NCBI GenBank assembly: GCA_965116205.1 | Contig: OZ220493.1 | Span: 1,412,510 to 1,476,509, forward strand | Reading direction: 5' to 3' | DNA length: 64,000 nucleotides | From: Arenicellales bacterium | Lineage (GTDB): Bacteria; Pseudomonadota; Gammaproteobacteria; Arenicellales; JAJDZL01 | Shown: in pieces, positions 56,301-58,546 of the stretch | How positions within the stretch are numbered: position 1 is the first letter of the stretch | Layout of the letters: every line of letters begins with the position of its first letter | Position numbers and translations under genes: made by a program | Notes under the pieces: model-generated | Seen by the model: the letters and a program-made list of their open reading frames with translations, nothing else | Told to the model about the DNA's origin: nothing | Databases searched by the model: none

Positions 56301-57923
56301 GGCGCTGCCGGTGACGTGACCTTGGATAAATCATCGCTAACCTTTACGACATCCAATTGGTCTACGGCGCAGACCGTGACAGTGTCGGCAATGAAAGATG
56401 AAGACCTGATCGAGGATGCTGACGTGACGCTGACGCACAGTGCCAGTGGCGGAGACTATGACTCAGTTACCATTGATTCTGTGACCGTAAAAGTGACCGA
56501 AAACGATGCATCAAATGATGAGCAGATGGAACGTGTCAACCGTGTCCACTCTGAACTGTTGCCTCGTTTGGTTGAAGAGATGGTATCGGTGGATGTAGTC
56601 ATTCGTCGCATCGAAGATTTAGAAGGTGGTGCACCTACGGGCAACTCGTTCCGTTTTGGTACATCACCCGCTACGATTCAGCCAATGGGGCTTCACGATT
56701 ATCAATGGTCGACAGAATCATCTCAATCGCGACCGACTCTTCAGGAGTTGATGAATGGCGCCGCTTTCAACATGTCGGTTGATGATACCGGGACTTCGGA
56801 GGGTGGTTTGGTATTTTGGGGTCAAAGTGATTGGCTGTCACTCTCAGATTCAGGAAACAACGTATCTTGGGATGGTGAAATGTGGTCAGCCAATTTTGGA
56901 ATTGACACTCGTATCCGTTCAGACCTGTTGGCCGGTGTTGCAGTATCTCGGCACGAAGGTCAATTCGATGCGGAAACCGACGACCGGAAGTCCGTCTACG
57001 AAACGGGACTGAACTCAGTGCAACCTTATATGGCATGGCTGTTGGAGGATGGATCAAATCTGTGGACCAGTGCTGGTTACGGTGATGGTAGAGTACGCGT
57101 CAAGGAGGAAGGCAGCGATTCTTGGCAGACTGTCGATCTGAAGATATCCAACGTCGCGGTGGGCGGTCGCGGCATGTTGGATTTGGATCCGCATATGATT
57201 GAGGGTGGCACGACCCGTCTTGCCATCAAAGGTGAGGGATCTTTCGTTAGGGGCAAAACAACAGCCAGTGGGGTTTTGCAAGCTCTGAGAGTGAATACCC
57301 ACCGATTACGCCTGTTGTTACAAGGCTCGCATGAACGAACACTTTCGAATGGTGAGCAACTGACTTCGACTTTGGAGATGGGCGTTCGCTACGATGGAGG
57401 TGAAACTGCTGAACAGAACAACTTGGAAGTTGGCGCCAGTGTGAGTTATCGTAACCCTGCCTCTCGACTGACGCTTGAGGCTCATGCTAGAGGTTTGGTT
57501 GCAGCTGAGAAAGAGCGCAAAGAATGGGGCGTCGGCGGTCGCGTGCAATTGGATTCAGATGCGAAGGGGCGCGGCCTTTACCTGAAGATGATGCCTACTT
57601 ATGGAAATGTGGAAGATGGATTCAATCAGTTGTTTAATCACAAATCGGCATCAGCAGTGAGCTCGGAGAGTGGATTTAATCCTAGATTTCATCTGGAGGC
57701 TGAGCTGGGTTACGGAGTTGCCGTACCCGTTCCAGGACCATTGGCAGTATTGAGCCCCTATGCTGGATTTTCATTGGCTGAAGAAGGCAACCGAACTTTC
57801 CGACTCGGCACGCGTTACAGCCACACAGAGAATCTTTCTATAAGTATTGAAGCTGAACGCAGTTTAAATATTGAGTCCATTGCAGAGCATGGGATCGCGC
57901 TACGTGGCGAGATTCGCTGGTAG
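32292..57923 (+). CDS. giant (8,543 aa) secreted modular surface protein: FN3 + Calx-beta-like + PKD/Ig-like modules with C-terminal autotransporter-like beta-barrel
   Basis: A single uninterrupted ORF (tracked from 32271). ATG 32292 yields a classical Sec signal. About 19 FN3-like modules (..L.W..P....I..WEYQQK......W......T..Y.V..L.NGT.Y.F.VRAVN..G.G..S). Many Calx-beta-like modules (VTEGDSG...MTF.V.L...SGR.VTVDYAV....TA.AGTDF....GTLTF..G.TQ..I.V.V.GD.LDE.DETVV.KLS......TITDDD). PKD/cadherin-like Ig modules (ATD.DGDTVTY.WTRK.GE..P......A.LTFT...GTYTMTVTASDGN.N). The protein ends ...LRGEIRW. Confidence 0.9.
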   Translation: MATRQRMSCCLNAALLTLLLLVVAVSPVTQAQSIPPQPEPAQLFKAFAGDQEITVTWDSPRLAENFLRWELSIQPRGRGKIARADVVFITERRASYSYTYREFTELNSSGGYKETKTRLKNGQTYVIDIVARYRLNESTTAGSDYKSVSATPVPKPAKPVNFRATSGNEQITLAWQQLTDQSTVTGMVESISRWEYRQKIGAAPYGMWTAIPSSEGETASHVVTGLNNGTVYRFKVRAVNPTGNGVESAEVTATPIPSGKVSRLSVDSNRITEGNAGIKHVNIYITLGEAAPTGGFGLGLQFVQRRNQGAVSFMDGYGCGGGVARNAPDPKADMCWIRRNVTIPAGERTGRFVIGIIGDTDVEVDESFAGLYATGRVDGWGQINPQIPSLTIVNDDGIPTGLVATPGNQQVTLSWTGPRDNNITRWEYQQKEGADGFGAWQTINPRSNTYVVENLKNDVAYAFKVRAVYRTINGPGPPSEEVSATPTAPRIIIPIREMTLDEGGHGSYNVQVSLRPTENVTVVVSGATDGVSVSPSSLTFTPVNWNIPQNIRVDVGEDDDAVSEDVTLKHRATGSGFAAAVSQAVVVRVRDNDSTGLTVSVPALTITEGSRAAYTMKLNSEPTDDVTVTVGGVSGDISVSSNSLTFTALNWNIPQPVMVSAGDDADAKNDAPVTLTHSAAGGDYDSVTVELMVTVTDDDPPIQPKNFTVSAGNQQATLTWDDPENPNITGWEYQQRTGDGSYGAWVPIANSDATTTTHPVTGLTNGTVYAFKLRAVNSAGNGVESTEVTAVPFGAGKKITLSTAKTRITEGDDGFKLIDISITIGETVTASDGLQITFEINKTASTATTIDPGNYLASCTEPNPADADQCWIVAPNRGSVSTGSSSSNYLIGILGDTRAENDETIVLKAVPDDVAYTGGSITLTIVDDDASPTAPTDFSVMPGNAQVELSWTGPDDARITSWEYRQKTGSGTFGNWISMPDSDATTRTHTVSNLSNSTVYAFKVRAVNSFGAGTESPEKSATPRAPPASPTGLTATAGDGQVSLSWTDPNDVSITRWEYQQKAGGSFGSWMAIAGSGASTTTYTVIELTNGTEYAFKVRAVNRSGEGGESAEATATPVPPVPLAPTGLTATAGNTQVALSWNNLRDASTIRWEYQQKAGGSYGSWMPIPGSDATTMGHTVTGLVNGTIYTFKVRAVNLGGSGAESGEASATPLLPPLKPTGFNATKGEGLVKLSWNNLNNASITRWEYQQRAGGGNYGNWTTMLGSGAATTQHEVARLTNGTTYTFKIRAVNTAGPGAVSDAVSVTPLARPAKPTGFSATSDFKSVKLSWTNPNNNSITRWEYQQRAGTGGSYGLWMAIPNSSASTTTYTVPDLNNGTAYSLRVRAVNEIGAGRPSDVTVATPALQPPHQPTGLSAEASDGQVVLRWHNPNNSRITGYQYQQKESSGNYGGWQTITGSSATTTTHTVTGLTNWTTYTFQIRAVNSAGNSPASAEVQSTPIPRTAKPTGFKAVPGNRQVILTWDDPKDTDIKGWFIRYKPRFLNKWYRHVIIPGSDRSTTSFTVTRLVVTLDRGNTKSDPLNNGTKYDFQVSAYRSTRDFPDDLLWSNVVSATPLPPPARPTGFTAVPVGDGAVQLNWNNPNNASITKWQYQQQEGSNTPSWLDVKNSGADTTKQVVTGLTNGTEYTFKIRAVNIAGNGAESGAATVTPTQPGADVSPLSITVEENDKEDYEIKLKTLPSGNVTIVVSGASGDVSVSPNRLTFTPLNWSAAQKVTVSVAKDDDAIDDEDVTLLHRASGGGYNSVSIDSVTVSVNDTTPTLQLLTAPSSVTEGMDISLTVTSDRALTGTHPISLSLADRDASGFTAADISGSLGRRNFDAIFGETASTTGTVAIPTVLDSDKTEGTETYRITLHDATDYEVGSNVEVDGELVDATNLVSVPQTQSLNEGGSNTAVTISTDASFGTSVKFNVSYNDISATGAIDPTNGDYDSDAVSSVTFDTSETSKDIEITLNDDGLDEADETFTVTVALADGSTLPAGFALDNTVTMVTIVDDDETPVLEEIADVTVDVGQDVDITAVATDGDNDAVSYSWARKAGETSPAIPRNTNLTAARLTFTTTSRGTYTMTVTAADGHGNSDTEEVVITVYLPVPVAPTGFRAQAGDAEVVLSWNNPNNPSIDGWEYQQKEGSGNFGDWLPISGADASTTTHTVTGLTNDAVYTFKIRAMNVTGDGDESTEATATPRLAPPDKPTKFTAVAGDMKVTLSWKDPKNASIIRWEYHQYDDANEIASGWRSIPNSGPSTKTYTVTGLANTFTYVFKVRAVNVAGNGTESEEMVAIPELPRPKKPQSISALPSNRQIVLTWDNANNPSIDVWEYQQREDDGDFGEWLPFSETSTTTMHTVTNLTNGVTYAFKVRAVNASGPGDESDEVTAVPILKPPKPTGFSADPGDGQVTLIWTNPNDQLIEGWQVQFKLSIQVGWPTPTEVPDGTATDYVVRNLQNLEYDFRIRAYYSGSNFGRWSDTRSTTPVQKGVTVSTSKLTVDEGGQGKYTVKLNTIPTSEVTIDVLVGAGSDDVSVKPNRLTFTSRNWNKPKTVKVSAAKDEDAVTEAAVELMHSAKGGGYDSVGIDSVTVTVTETTPILQLLTDPVAVTEGADISLTVTSNRALTGTLAVNLTLADRGASGFSAADIQGELGPRNFDATFGDSPSMTGTVVIPTSADSVGENAETYQITLNDTAEYELGNDTTADGTLNDDGKGVVPATLVSVPATLTVTEGTDANATVTITSGVAFGQAVTFNVTYGGTATGAAVPGAGDDYDSDAATQVQFNATDTTKDIVIPLNDDALNEAAETITVTVAVVGGRLPDGFALGNAVTTVTITDDDDVPTVSIANAAAVTEGDSGDATMTFNVSLSAASGRAVTVDYAVDAATTATAGTDFTAVSGTLTFSAGQTQKPIAVTVKGDTLDEADETVVVKLSNQANATLGTATGSGTITDDDTLSTSWALSVTPATVTEASGTTAVTVTATRAGTATSTTATTIAIAVTSGTATAGNDFSEVTGFNLTVAAGATSGTANFDLVVTADSLSEVNETVTVGGTLQGNTFNGTTVTITDDDAVPTLSIAAPIAAVTEGDSGSTSMTFTVTLGAVSGRSVTVDYAVDVASTAAGTDFTGGAGTLTFAAGETQQSITVSVTGDELDEVDETVVLKLSNPTHATIGTATATGTITDDDASPVLAALSAVSKKVGQTVTVVASATDADADTISYAWTKDSGPALPSGTKFDVATLTFTAATVGAYVLTVTASDGNDNEDTKTVTVTVSAADTVSVPKQVTVAEGGGSVTVKVAASAALGQAVTLDVTYGGAASQTADYDATAVTSVDFGTTDTFKNIVIPITDDRLDEVDETFTVTIALAGSSTLPAGVILGNAVTTVTITDNDTVSTNWALSVEPATVTEASGTTAVTVTATRAGTVTAATSTTLAIAVTGGTATAGTDFDAVTGFNIMVAAGATSGEADFDLMVTADTLDEVDETLTVGGTLSGATVSGTTVTITDDDAPPALSIVAPSAAVTEGDSGSTDMTFSVTLGAASGRSVTVDYAVDATSTAAAGTDFTGGAGTLTFAPGTTQQSITVSVTGDELDEDDETVVLKLSDATHASIGSATAMGTITDDDASPVLAALENETVATGGTVSVTAAATDADGDTVTYVWTRKTGETTPALPSTTMDAATLSFTAGTAGVYTMTVTASDGNGNSATATVVITVTAKVVVSVPKNLTVTEGDDTRARVTIATATAFGESVTFDVTYTDGTATGHGTLASGDYDNDAVTSVTFSGTDTEQHIDVPLNDDDLDEVSERFTVGIALATGSTLPATHTLGNAVTRVTINDDDEPPTVSIADAAAVTEGDSGEAMMTFNVSLSAASGRAVTVDYAVDAASTAMAGTDFTAVSGTLTFSAGQTQQSVAVTVKGDTLDEADETVVVKLSNQANATLGAATGSGTITDDDTLSTSWALSVTPATVTEASGTTAVTVTATRAGTATSTTATTIAIAVTSGTATAGNDFSEVTDFDLTVAAGATSGTADFDLTVTADSQDEVNETVAVDGTLSSNTVTGTTVTITDDDAIPALSIAAPSAAVTEGDSGSTDMTFTVTLGVVSGRPVTVDYAVDATATATGTDFTGGAGTLTFNAGETRKSITVSVTGDELDEADETVVLKLSDATNASIGTATATGTITDDDAPPALSIAAPSAAVTEGDSGSTDMTFTVTLGAASGRSVTVDYAVDATSTAAAGTDFTGGAGTLTFAPGTTQQSITVSVTGDELDEDDETVVLKLSDATHASIGSATAMGTITDDDASPVLAALENETVATGGTVSVTAAATDADGDTVTYVWTRKTGETTPALPSTTMDAATLSFTAGTAGVYTMTVTASDGNGNSATATVVITVTAKVVVSVPKNLTVTEGDDTRARVTIATATAFGESVTFDVTYTDGTATGHGTLASGDYDNDAVTSVTFSGTDTEQHIDVPLNDDDLDEVSERFTVGIALATGSTLPATHTLGNAVTRVTINDDDEPPTVSIANAAAVTEGDSGEATMTFNVSLSAASGRAVTVDYAVDAATTATAGTDFTAVSGTLTFSAGQTQKPIAVTVKGDTLDEADETVVVKLSNQANATLGTATGSGTITDDDTLSTSWALSVTPATVTEASGTTAVTVTATRAGTATSTTATTIAIAVTSGTATAGNDFSEVTGFNLTVAAGATSGTVDFNLTVTADSRDEADETVAVNGTLSSNTVTGTTVTITDDDATPVLAEIPNETVKLGQAVTITAVATEDDGDTVTYVWSRKPGETMPVIPNGTALNQARLTFTPPAAGTYTMTVTASDGNGNTDTEEVTITVTASTASVAAAVPVPAQPTGLTTKVNPNNGIILSWTATGDTTITGWEYRIKELLAASPAWGNSVRILGADSGTRTVEVYTRANFWHGQKLEFQVRSVNISGNSPWSRIASATVSNSWNLSFEVKPAEIRVVQGETATYTLTNVGYGVPGRAELSSRDSSVATVPSTVNFESTRETSKQVTVTGVAVGSTVISHDAFYHKWGSRPINSFASFENMATVKVRVVPQKPAKPTGLTARAGNAQVTLSWTDPGNSDITGWEYQRKINSSIYSYRPWVPIPDSSASTTSYTVKNLTGNVSYAFRIRAVNDAGGSPPSDAAVAQVQYQAPAKPIGLKATADDKQITLSWTNPINPSISRWEYQQKAGAGRYGGWIKMQDSNAATWRYTVRNLNNGTNYTFKIRAVNVTSQASAPSDEVTIAPVVPSIVSVPATLMVAEGAGNATVTITTAAAFSQSVTFDVTYGGSSATGANNPANGDYDNDAVTAVTFGVSDTTKDIVIPITDDSRDEKNETFTVTIAPAADLPHGFKLGTTKTTVTITDDDESPVLAEINDVTIKLGETVNITASATDGDSDTITYVWTRLNGETIPVLPSGTDLTKARLTFTPLVGGVSPFVGSSASYTMTVTATDSDGNKDTEQVAITVDEEVAVSVPVSVSVTEGTDANARITITPSSTFNSATTFNVSYSDGTATGANVPSDGDYDNDAVTQVTLSAGDTEKHIDIPITDDDLDEDDETFTVTVAAAAALPGGFELSKTTVTITDDDESPELAALDDVTVQLGQAVDVTASATDGDGDTVTYAWTRKTGETVPAIPNGTALNAARLTFTPPAAGTYTMTVTASDGNDNTDTAEVTITVSAAAVVSVPATLTVAEAVGDATVTVTTTAAFGESVTLNVTYGGSSATGASNPASGDYDNDAVTAVTFGAADTTKDIDIPITDDDLDEAAETFTVTIAAASSGLPAGWALGTKKTTVTITDDDESPELAALDDVTVQLGQAVDVTAVATDGDGDTVTYAWTRKTGETVPAIPNGTTLNAARLTFTPPAAGTYTMTVTASDGNDNTDTAEVTITVSAAAVVSVPATLTVAEAVGDATVTVTTTAAFGESVTLNVTYGGSSATGASNPASGDYDNDAVTAVTFGAADTTKDIDIPITDDDLDEAAETFTVTIAAASSGLPAGWTLGTKKTTVTITDDDESPELAALDDVTVQLGQAVDVTAAATDGDGDTVTYAWTRKTGETVPAIPNGTALNAARLTFTPPAAGTYTMTVTASDGNDNTDTAEVTITVSAAAVVSVPATLTVAEAVGDATVTVTTTAAFGESVTLNVTYGGSSATGASNPASGDYDNDAVTAVTFGAADTTKDIDIPITDDDLDEAAETFTVTIAAASSGLPAGWTLGTKKTTVTITDDDESPELAALDDVTVQLGQAVDVTAAATDGDGDTVTYAWTRKTGETVPAIPNGTALNAARLTFTPPAAGTYTMTVTASDNNDNTDTAEVTITVSAAAVVSVPATLTVAESVGDATVTVTTTAAFGESVTLNVTYGGSSATGASNPASGDYDNDAVTAVTFGAADTTKDIDIPITDDDLDEAAETFTVTIAAASSGLPAGWTLGTKKTTVTITDDDESPELAALDDVTVQLGQAVDVTAAATDGDGDTVTYAWTRKTGETVPAIPNGTALNAARLTFTPPAAGTYTMTVTASDGNDNTDTAEVTITVSAAAVVSVPATLTVAEAVGDATVTVTTTAAFGESVTLNVTYGGSSATGASNPASGDYDNDAVTAVTFGAADTTKDIDIPITDDDLDEAAETFTVTIAAASSGLPAGWTLGTKKTTVTITDDDESPELAALDDVTVQLGQAVDVTAAATDGDGDTVTYAWTRKTGETVPAIPNGTALNAARLTFTPPAAGTYTMTVTASDGNDNTDTAEVTITVSAAAVVSVPATLTVAEAVGDATVTVTTTAAFGESVTLNVTYGGSSATGASNPASGDYDNDAVTAVTFGAADTTKDIDIPITDDDLDEAAETFTVTIAAASSGLPAGWTLGTKKTTVTITDDDESPELAALDDVTVQLGQAVDVTASATDGDGDTVTYAWTRKTGETVPAIPNGTALNAARLTFTPPAAGTYTMTVTASDGNDNTDTAEVTITVSAAAVVSVPATLTVAEAVGDATVTVTTTAAFGESVTLNVTYGGSSATGASNPASGDYDNDAVTAVTFGAADTTKDIDIPITDDDLDEAAETFTVTIAAASSGLPAGWALGTKKTTVTITDDDESPELAALDDVTVQLGQAVDVTAVATDGDGDTVTYAWTRKTGETVPAIPNGTTLNAARLTFTPPAAGTYTMTVTASDGNDNTDTAEVTITVSAAAVVSVPATLTVAEAVGDATVTVTTTAAFGESVTLNVTYGGSSATGASNPASGDYDNDAVTAVTFGAADTTKDIDIPITDDDLDEAAETFTVTIAAASSGLPAGWTLGTKKTTVTITDDDESPELAALDDVTVQLGQAVDVTAVATDGDGDTVTYAWTRKTGETVPAIPNGTALNAARLTFTPPAAGTYTMTVTASDGNDNTDTAEVTITVSAAAVVSVPATLTVAEAVGDATVTVTTTAAFGESVTLNVTYGGSSATGASNPASGDYDNDAVTAVTFGAADTTKDIDIPITDDDLDEAAETFTVTIAAASSGLPAGWTLGTKKTTVTITDDDESPELAALDDVTVQLGQAVDVTAAATDGDGDTVTYAWTRKTGETVPAIPNGTALNAARLTFTPPAAGTYTMTVTASDGNDNTDTAEVTITVSAAAVVSVPATLTVAEAVGDATVTVTTTAAFGESVTLNVTYGGSSATGASNPASGDYDNDAVTAVTFGAADTTKDIDIPITDDDLDEAAETFTVTIAAASSGLPAGWTLGTKKTTVTITDDDESPELAALDDVTVQLGQAVDVTAAATDGDGDTVTYAWTRKTGETVPAIPNGTALNAARLTFTPPAAGTYTMTVTASDGNDNTDTAEVTITVSAAAVVSVPATLTVAEAVGDATVTVTTTAAFGESVTLNVTYGGSSATGASNPASGDYDNDAVTAVTFGAADTTKDIDIPITDDDLDEAAETFTVTIAAASSGLPAGWTLGTKKTTVTITDDDAVGVTLSVTELTVVEGSENSYTVVLNSEPTADVTIAISGAAGDVTLDKSSLTFTTSNWSTAQTVTVSAMKDEDLIEDADVTLTHSASGGDYDSVTIDSVTVKVTENDASNDEQMERVNRVHSELLPRLVEEMVSVDVVIRRIEDLEGGAPTGNSFRFGTSPATIQPMGLHDYQWSTESSQSRPTLQELMNGAAFNMSVDDTGTSEGGLVFWGQSDWLSLSDSGNNVSWDGEMWSANFGIDTRIRSDLLAGVAVSRHEGQFDAETDDRKSVYETGLNSVQPYMAWLLEDGSNLWTSAGYGDGRVRVKEEGSDSWQTVDLKISNVAVGGRGMLDLDPHMIEGGTTRLAIKGEGSFVRGKTTASGVLQALRVNTHRLRLLLQGSHERTLSNGEQLTSTLEMGVRYDGGETAEQNNLEVGASVSYRNPASRLTLEAHARGLVAAEKERKEWGVGGRVQLDSDAKGRGLYLKMMPTYGNVEDGFNQLFNHKSASAVSSESGFNPRFHLEAELGYGVAVPVPGPLAVLSPYAGFSLAEEGNRTFRLGTRYSHTENLSISIEAERSLNIESIAEHGIALRGEIRW
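35085..37416 (+). repeat. eight consecutive FN3-like modules (about 290 bp each), diverged
   Basis: Module starts: PTDFSVMPGNAQVELSW, PTGLTATAGDGQVSLSW, PTGLTATAGNTQVALSW, PTGFNATKGEGLVKLSW, PTGFSATSDFKSVKLSW, PTGLSAEASDGQVVLRW, PTGFKAVPGNRQVILTW, PTGFTAVPVGDGAVQLNW. Confidence 0.8.
38731..39872 (+). repeat. four consecutive FN3-like modules
   Basis: PTGFRAQAGDAEVVLSW, PTKFTAVAGDMKVTLSW, PQSISALPSNRQIVLTW, PTGFSADPGDGQVTLIW, each followed by a W.YQ.. and ..F.VRA.. core. Confidence 0.75.
40938..46609 (+). repeat. Calx-beta-rich block with nested kb-scale duplications (offsets 2,982 and 2,019 bp)
   Basis: A segment starting GTGAGCATTGCC recurs at 40938, 43920 and 45939. 42902-44590 is repeated at 44921-46609. 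The core, about 42960-43975 versus 44979-45994, differs at only about 8 positions by my reading. Confidence 0.8.
49158..56186 (+). repeat. 11 tandem, in-frame, near-identical 639-bp (213-aa) units, each one PKD/Ig-like + one Calx-beta-like module
   Basis: GAGTCGCCGGAGCTGG starts at 49158, 49797, 50436, 51075, 51714, 52353, 52992, 53631, 54270, 54909 and 55548. Units 5 and 6 differ at 3 of 639 nt by my reading. A diverged unit precedes the array (about 48495-49157). Confidence 0.9.
56502..57920 (+). other. C-terminal helical linker + autotransporter-like outer-membrane beta-barrel domain
   Basis: Helix-prone EQMERVNRVHSELLPRLVEEMVSVDVVIRRIEDLEG, then alternating-pattern strands (VFWGQSDWLSLS, WSANFGIDTRI, LAGVAVSRHEG, LWTSAGYGDGRVRV, FHLEAELGYGVAV, LSISIEAERSL). 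The terminal residues are GEIRW, i.e. aromatic. Confidence 0.6.
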
Positions 57924-58546
57924 AAGACAAAGTGAATGATGAATATTGGCGTATAACATTCCGCGCATAAAATGGACGGGTGAAAGTCCGAGCTAGCTGT
58001 CATAGCCGTCGTTGTGGCCAAAAAATCGAACCGACAGTCCTTCTTGTCTGAAAGTTTCGTCGCATGCTTCAGAAACAGTTGCATTGGCAATCAAAGGTTC
58101 AAATCATCTGTCCGACAACAATGGGTGTTCTTGATTTGAGTTCTTGTGTCGAAGAGAGAATTCACCTGGACGAAACTCAACATTAATTCACTTTAGGCGC
58201 AAATTAAATCCCCTATTGGTCGTCCATCAAAGGTGAAAAATGGTGTCTCACGCAAAGACGTTTTTGCTATATTTATGCGCCTGACGTGACGGTATAGGAC
58301 ATTGTTTTATCAAATGGAAGGAGTTTGAACTTGATGCAATGTCATTGCCCGGCCCATTAGAAATGTAATGCAATCATTACCTGACTCTTACTTGTTGTGG
58401 GTTTTAAAATGATGTCGTTTTCTTTTCAGAAGATGATCGAACGGGTTGAATGGTATAGTCCTGTAGATATGCCTGAATGGAAGTTGCATCATGTTTTTTG
58501 ACGATGCAAAAGTTTAGGTGAGCAAAAACATCCCTTCTAAGAACAC

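Noticed and set aside
57950-58060. GGACGGGTGAAAGTCCGAGC downstream of the giant gene resembles conserved cores of structured RNAs (the cobalamin riboswitch GGTGAAAATCC region, or RNase P GAGGAAAGTCCGGGC).
   Set aside because: Only the short core is similar. The other required elements are absent: no B12 box, no flanking GGGAA segment, and none of the RNase P P4 or other conserved regions. The downstream gene (an SNF2 helicase) gives no functional rationale. I treat it as chance similarity or a simple hairpin.
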